The notes under the pieces are model-generated. The model did no database searches. It saw nothing but the letters and a program-made list of their open reading frames with translations, and was not told the origin of the DNA. Positions 61,884 through 64,000 of a stretch of 64,000 nucleotides of DNA are shown in pieces (positions within the stretch are counted from its first letter, which is position 1; each line of letters begins with the position of its first letter). Origin of the DNA: Lachnospiraceae bacterium. Lineage in GTDB: Bacteria; Bacillota; Clostridia; Lachnospirales; Lachnospiraceae. Both the position numbers and the translations under genes were made by a program. The stretch covers positions 5,538 to 69,537 of the forward strand of contig SVEK01000010.1 of assembly GCA_015057405.1 (NCBI GenBank). The letters run 5' to 3'.

Positions 61884-62354
61884 ATGGCAAATGAAGCAGT
61901 CAAATTAATTGCTAATAATAAAAAGGCTTATCACGATTACTTTATAGAAGAAAAATATGAAGCCGGTATTGCACTTCACGGGACTGAAGTAAAGTCTCTC
62001 AGAATGGGGAAATGCAGTATAAAAGAATCTTTCATGAAAGTTGAGAAAGGTGAAGTTTTTGTATACAATATGCATATTAGTCCATACGAAAAGGGCAATA
62101 TATTTAATAAAGATCCTCTCAGAGTAAGAAAACTTCTTCTTCATAAAAGTGAAATCAGAAAGATTGCCGGGAGTATGTCTCAGAAAGGATATACACTTGT
62201 TCCTCTCAGAGTATATCTTAAAGGAAGTCTCGTTAAAATTGAGATTGGGCTTGCCAGAGGTAAAAAATTATATGACAAGCGTCAGGATATTGCTAAAAAA
62301 GACCAGAGAAGAGAGGCTGAAAGAAGTTATAAATTGTCAGGAAAAATGTATTGA
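61884..62354 (+). CDS. smpB: SsrA-binding protein
   Basis: [16 protein letters not shown] and GKKLYDKR motifs. Confidence 0.98.
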   Translation: MANEAVKLIANNKKAYHDYFIEEKYEAGIALHGTEVKSLRMGKCSIKESFMKVEKGEVFVYNMHISPYEKGNIFNKDPLRVRKLLLHKSEIRKIAGSMSQKGYTLVPLRVYLKGSLVKIEIGLARGKKLYDKRQDIAKKDQRREAERSYKLSGKMY

Positions 62355-62379
62355 CAACTATTTTTATTTGACATACAAT
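62351..62379 (+). promoter_or_regulatory. SigA-type promoter of ssrA
   Basis: TTGACA-17 bp-TACAAT. Confidence 0.75.
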
Positions 62380-62393
62380 GTATTTACTTTTAC

Positions 62394-62730
62394 GGGGTAG
62401 TAAAGGTTTCGACAGGGTATTAGAAGTCGGAGAAGCAAGCCGTAGGATGATGCGTCAAATCTCAAATTAAATATAATCGCTGAAGATAATTTAGCATACG
62501 CTGCCTAAGTGCAGCAGTCCGCTCTAAGGCACCTACACCTTAGAATCCGGGCTTCATCCATGTAGGAAACGACATGCACAAAGCTTTGAGTGTATGGGCG
62601 TATTATGAAGCTACTGAAACTGTAACCGTGCTGTTCCGGGTACAGCGTAGGGAATGTATATAGATCAGCTAAGCTTGTAGAAGGACGATGGAAGGTGCTT
62701 TGGACGCGGGTTCGATTCCCGCCTATTCCA
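62394..62730 (+). ncRNA. ssrA: tmRNA; tag (A)AEDNLAYAA* at 62479-62508
   Basis: 5' GGGGTAG...GGTTTCGAC, 3' T-arm GCGGGTTCGATTCCCGC and CTATTCCA, tag ORF ending in YAA*, directly after smpB. Confidence 0.96.
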
Positions 62731-62793
62731 TATTTTGTTTTATGGTTGATGCTTATATGGATTATTACCAAAACTGCACATTTGGGAAGAGAT

Positions 62794-62819
62794 GCGGACA
62801 GATTATTCTGTCCGTTTTT
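62794..62819 (+). terminator. Intrinsic terminator downstream of ssrA
   Basis: Stem cggacag...ctgtccg followed by T5. Confidence 0.7.
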
Positions 62820-62891
62820 GTTGATTCACAATAAGTCTTATGGTATAATCTGTTTGGTCGTAATATTACAATAATATAAGGAGAGATAAAT

Positions 62892-64000
62892 ATGATATGT
62901 CCAAAATGTAAAAGCTTAGTAGAAGATGGTTCTACGTTTTGTAATGTGTGTGGAGCACAGGTTACTAATTCGCAACAGCAATCACAACCTGTTCAGTCTC
63001 AAACTGAAGTGATGCAGGATAGTCAAAACGTTGCATTTGACCAGAATGTTGCAAACAATCAGAGTAATACATACAATCAGGGGTACCAAGGTGCTCCGTA
63101 CGGAGGAAATTTTATGGAACAGACACCTAAAAAATCACGCAAGGGGCTTAAGATTGCAATTCCGGTTATTGCAGCAATTGCAGTGGTTGGCGTTGTAGCT
63201 GCAGCTAATGCTTCAAAGATTAAAAACTTTGTTAGTAAGACATTTCAGTCACCTACTGAATACTATAAGTCAGTTGAGATGGAAAGCATTGATAAAGCAT
63301 CAGAGGGATTCGAACAGTCTTATGGTATGATTGTTGGTGCGTTTGATGATTTGGATAGTAAGTCATGTTCAGTAGATGTTGGCTTTGAACTCGGCTCTAT
63401 GGCAAAACAGTATATCAATATGGCAGCTGCTTCATCAGGTTATGATTTGTCATGGCTTGACAACGGAAAAATCGGTTTAACCATTAATTCTGATGAAGGA
63501 ACATATGGAATCAATGGTAAAGCTTCAATTAATGATACAGATATTGTTTCTTGTGATGTGGTATATTCTGCCGATGAATCTAAAGTATACATGGCAGTTC
63601 CTGAAGTATGCGGAAAGTATTTTTCAACTGTTGCAGAAACTGAAGTAGATATGAATTATGTTACACAATTAATTAAGAGTTGCGCAGATGCTCTTCCGGA
63701 TTCTGATGTGGTGGGCAATATTATTGCAAGATACGGTAAAACCATTATTGATAGTATTGACAATGTAGAAGAAGAATCCGCAGTGCTTGAAGCAAACGGA
63801 GTAAGCCAGGATTGTACAGCATATTCTATGGTTATTGATACTGAAACAGCTAAGAAAATGTTGAAAGCAATTGTTGAGGAATTAGGCAAAGATGATGATA
63901 TTAAGAAAATAATGTGTGAAAACTATGATGCTCTTGTTAATGTTTTCGCTAATAGCAATTTGCCGGGCATGGCAGAAGGTGACGTTTCAATCCCTGCTGT
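62892..64000 (+). CDS. Zinc-ribbon domain membrane-anchored protein (3' truncated by window edge)
   Basis: My translation starts MICPKCKSLVEDGSTFCNVCG, then a Q/N-rich linker and a TM (KIAIPVIAAIAVVGVVAAA). RBS GGAG; frame open to the window end. Confidence 0.88.
   Translation, partial: MICPKCKSLVEDGSTFCNVCGAQVTNSQQQSQPVQSQTEVMQDSQNVAFDQNVANNQSNTYNQGYQGAPYGGNFMEQTPKKSRKGLKIAIPVIAAIAVVGVVAAANASKIKNFVSKTFQSPTEYYKSVEMESIDKASEGFEQSYGMIVGAFDDLDSKSCSVDVGFELGSMAKQYINMAAASSGYDLSWLDNGKIGLTINSDEGTYGINGKASINDTDIVSCDVVYSADESKVYMAVPEVCGKYFSTVAETEVDMNYVTQLIKSCADALPDSDVVGNIIARYGKTIIDSIDNVEEESAVLEANGVSQDCTAYSMVIDTETAKKMLKAIVEELGKDDDIKKIMCENYDALVNVFANSNLPGMAEGDVSIPA

Noticed and set aside
62700-62900. Island integrated at the 3' end of ssrA
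   Set aside because: No duplicated tmRNA 3' end or integrase follows; there is a plain terminator and a zinc-ribbon membrane gene.

Overview
Low-GC Firmicute chromosome, inferred to be Lachnospiraceae-like from gene content and the tmRNA tag. The first ~2.7 kb is the right end of an integrated element. It holds the C-terminus of a tyrosine integrase, then an AT-rich three-gene cargo operon (Rid-family protein lacking the catalytic Arg, a 2-TM unknown protein, an SDR oxidoreductase), then a probable attachment end at the 5' end of a LMW-PTP gene. The rest is mostly core genome: T-box-pheST; a ~16 kb teichoic-acid-like wall polymer locus with AATGal-type initiation genes; typA, apt, mtnN, ssb; lysine riboswitch-dapA-dapB, dapF-murE-priA; ridA-ilvA; gpmI-secG-rnr-smpB-ssrA. 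Five secreted proteins (three esterase-type, one tandem DUF3237-like, one unknown) share a very Lys-rich Ig-like module. Smaller signals include an (ATTG)4 frameshift in a small exported-protein gene, a nested-hairpin element with a tandem duplication just upstream of the wall-polymer exporter promoter, a 29-bp inverted repeat on the pheS T-box terminator, and a priA gene with no canonical start codon upstream of its conserved N-terminus. No CRISPR array, rRNA or tRNA was seen. All family calls come from motif recognition, not database searches.
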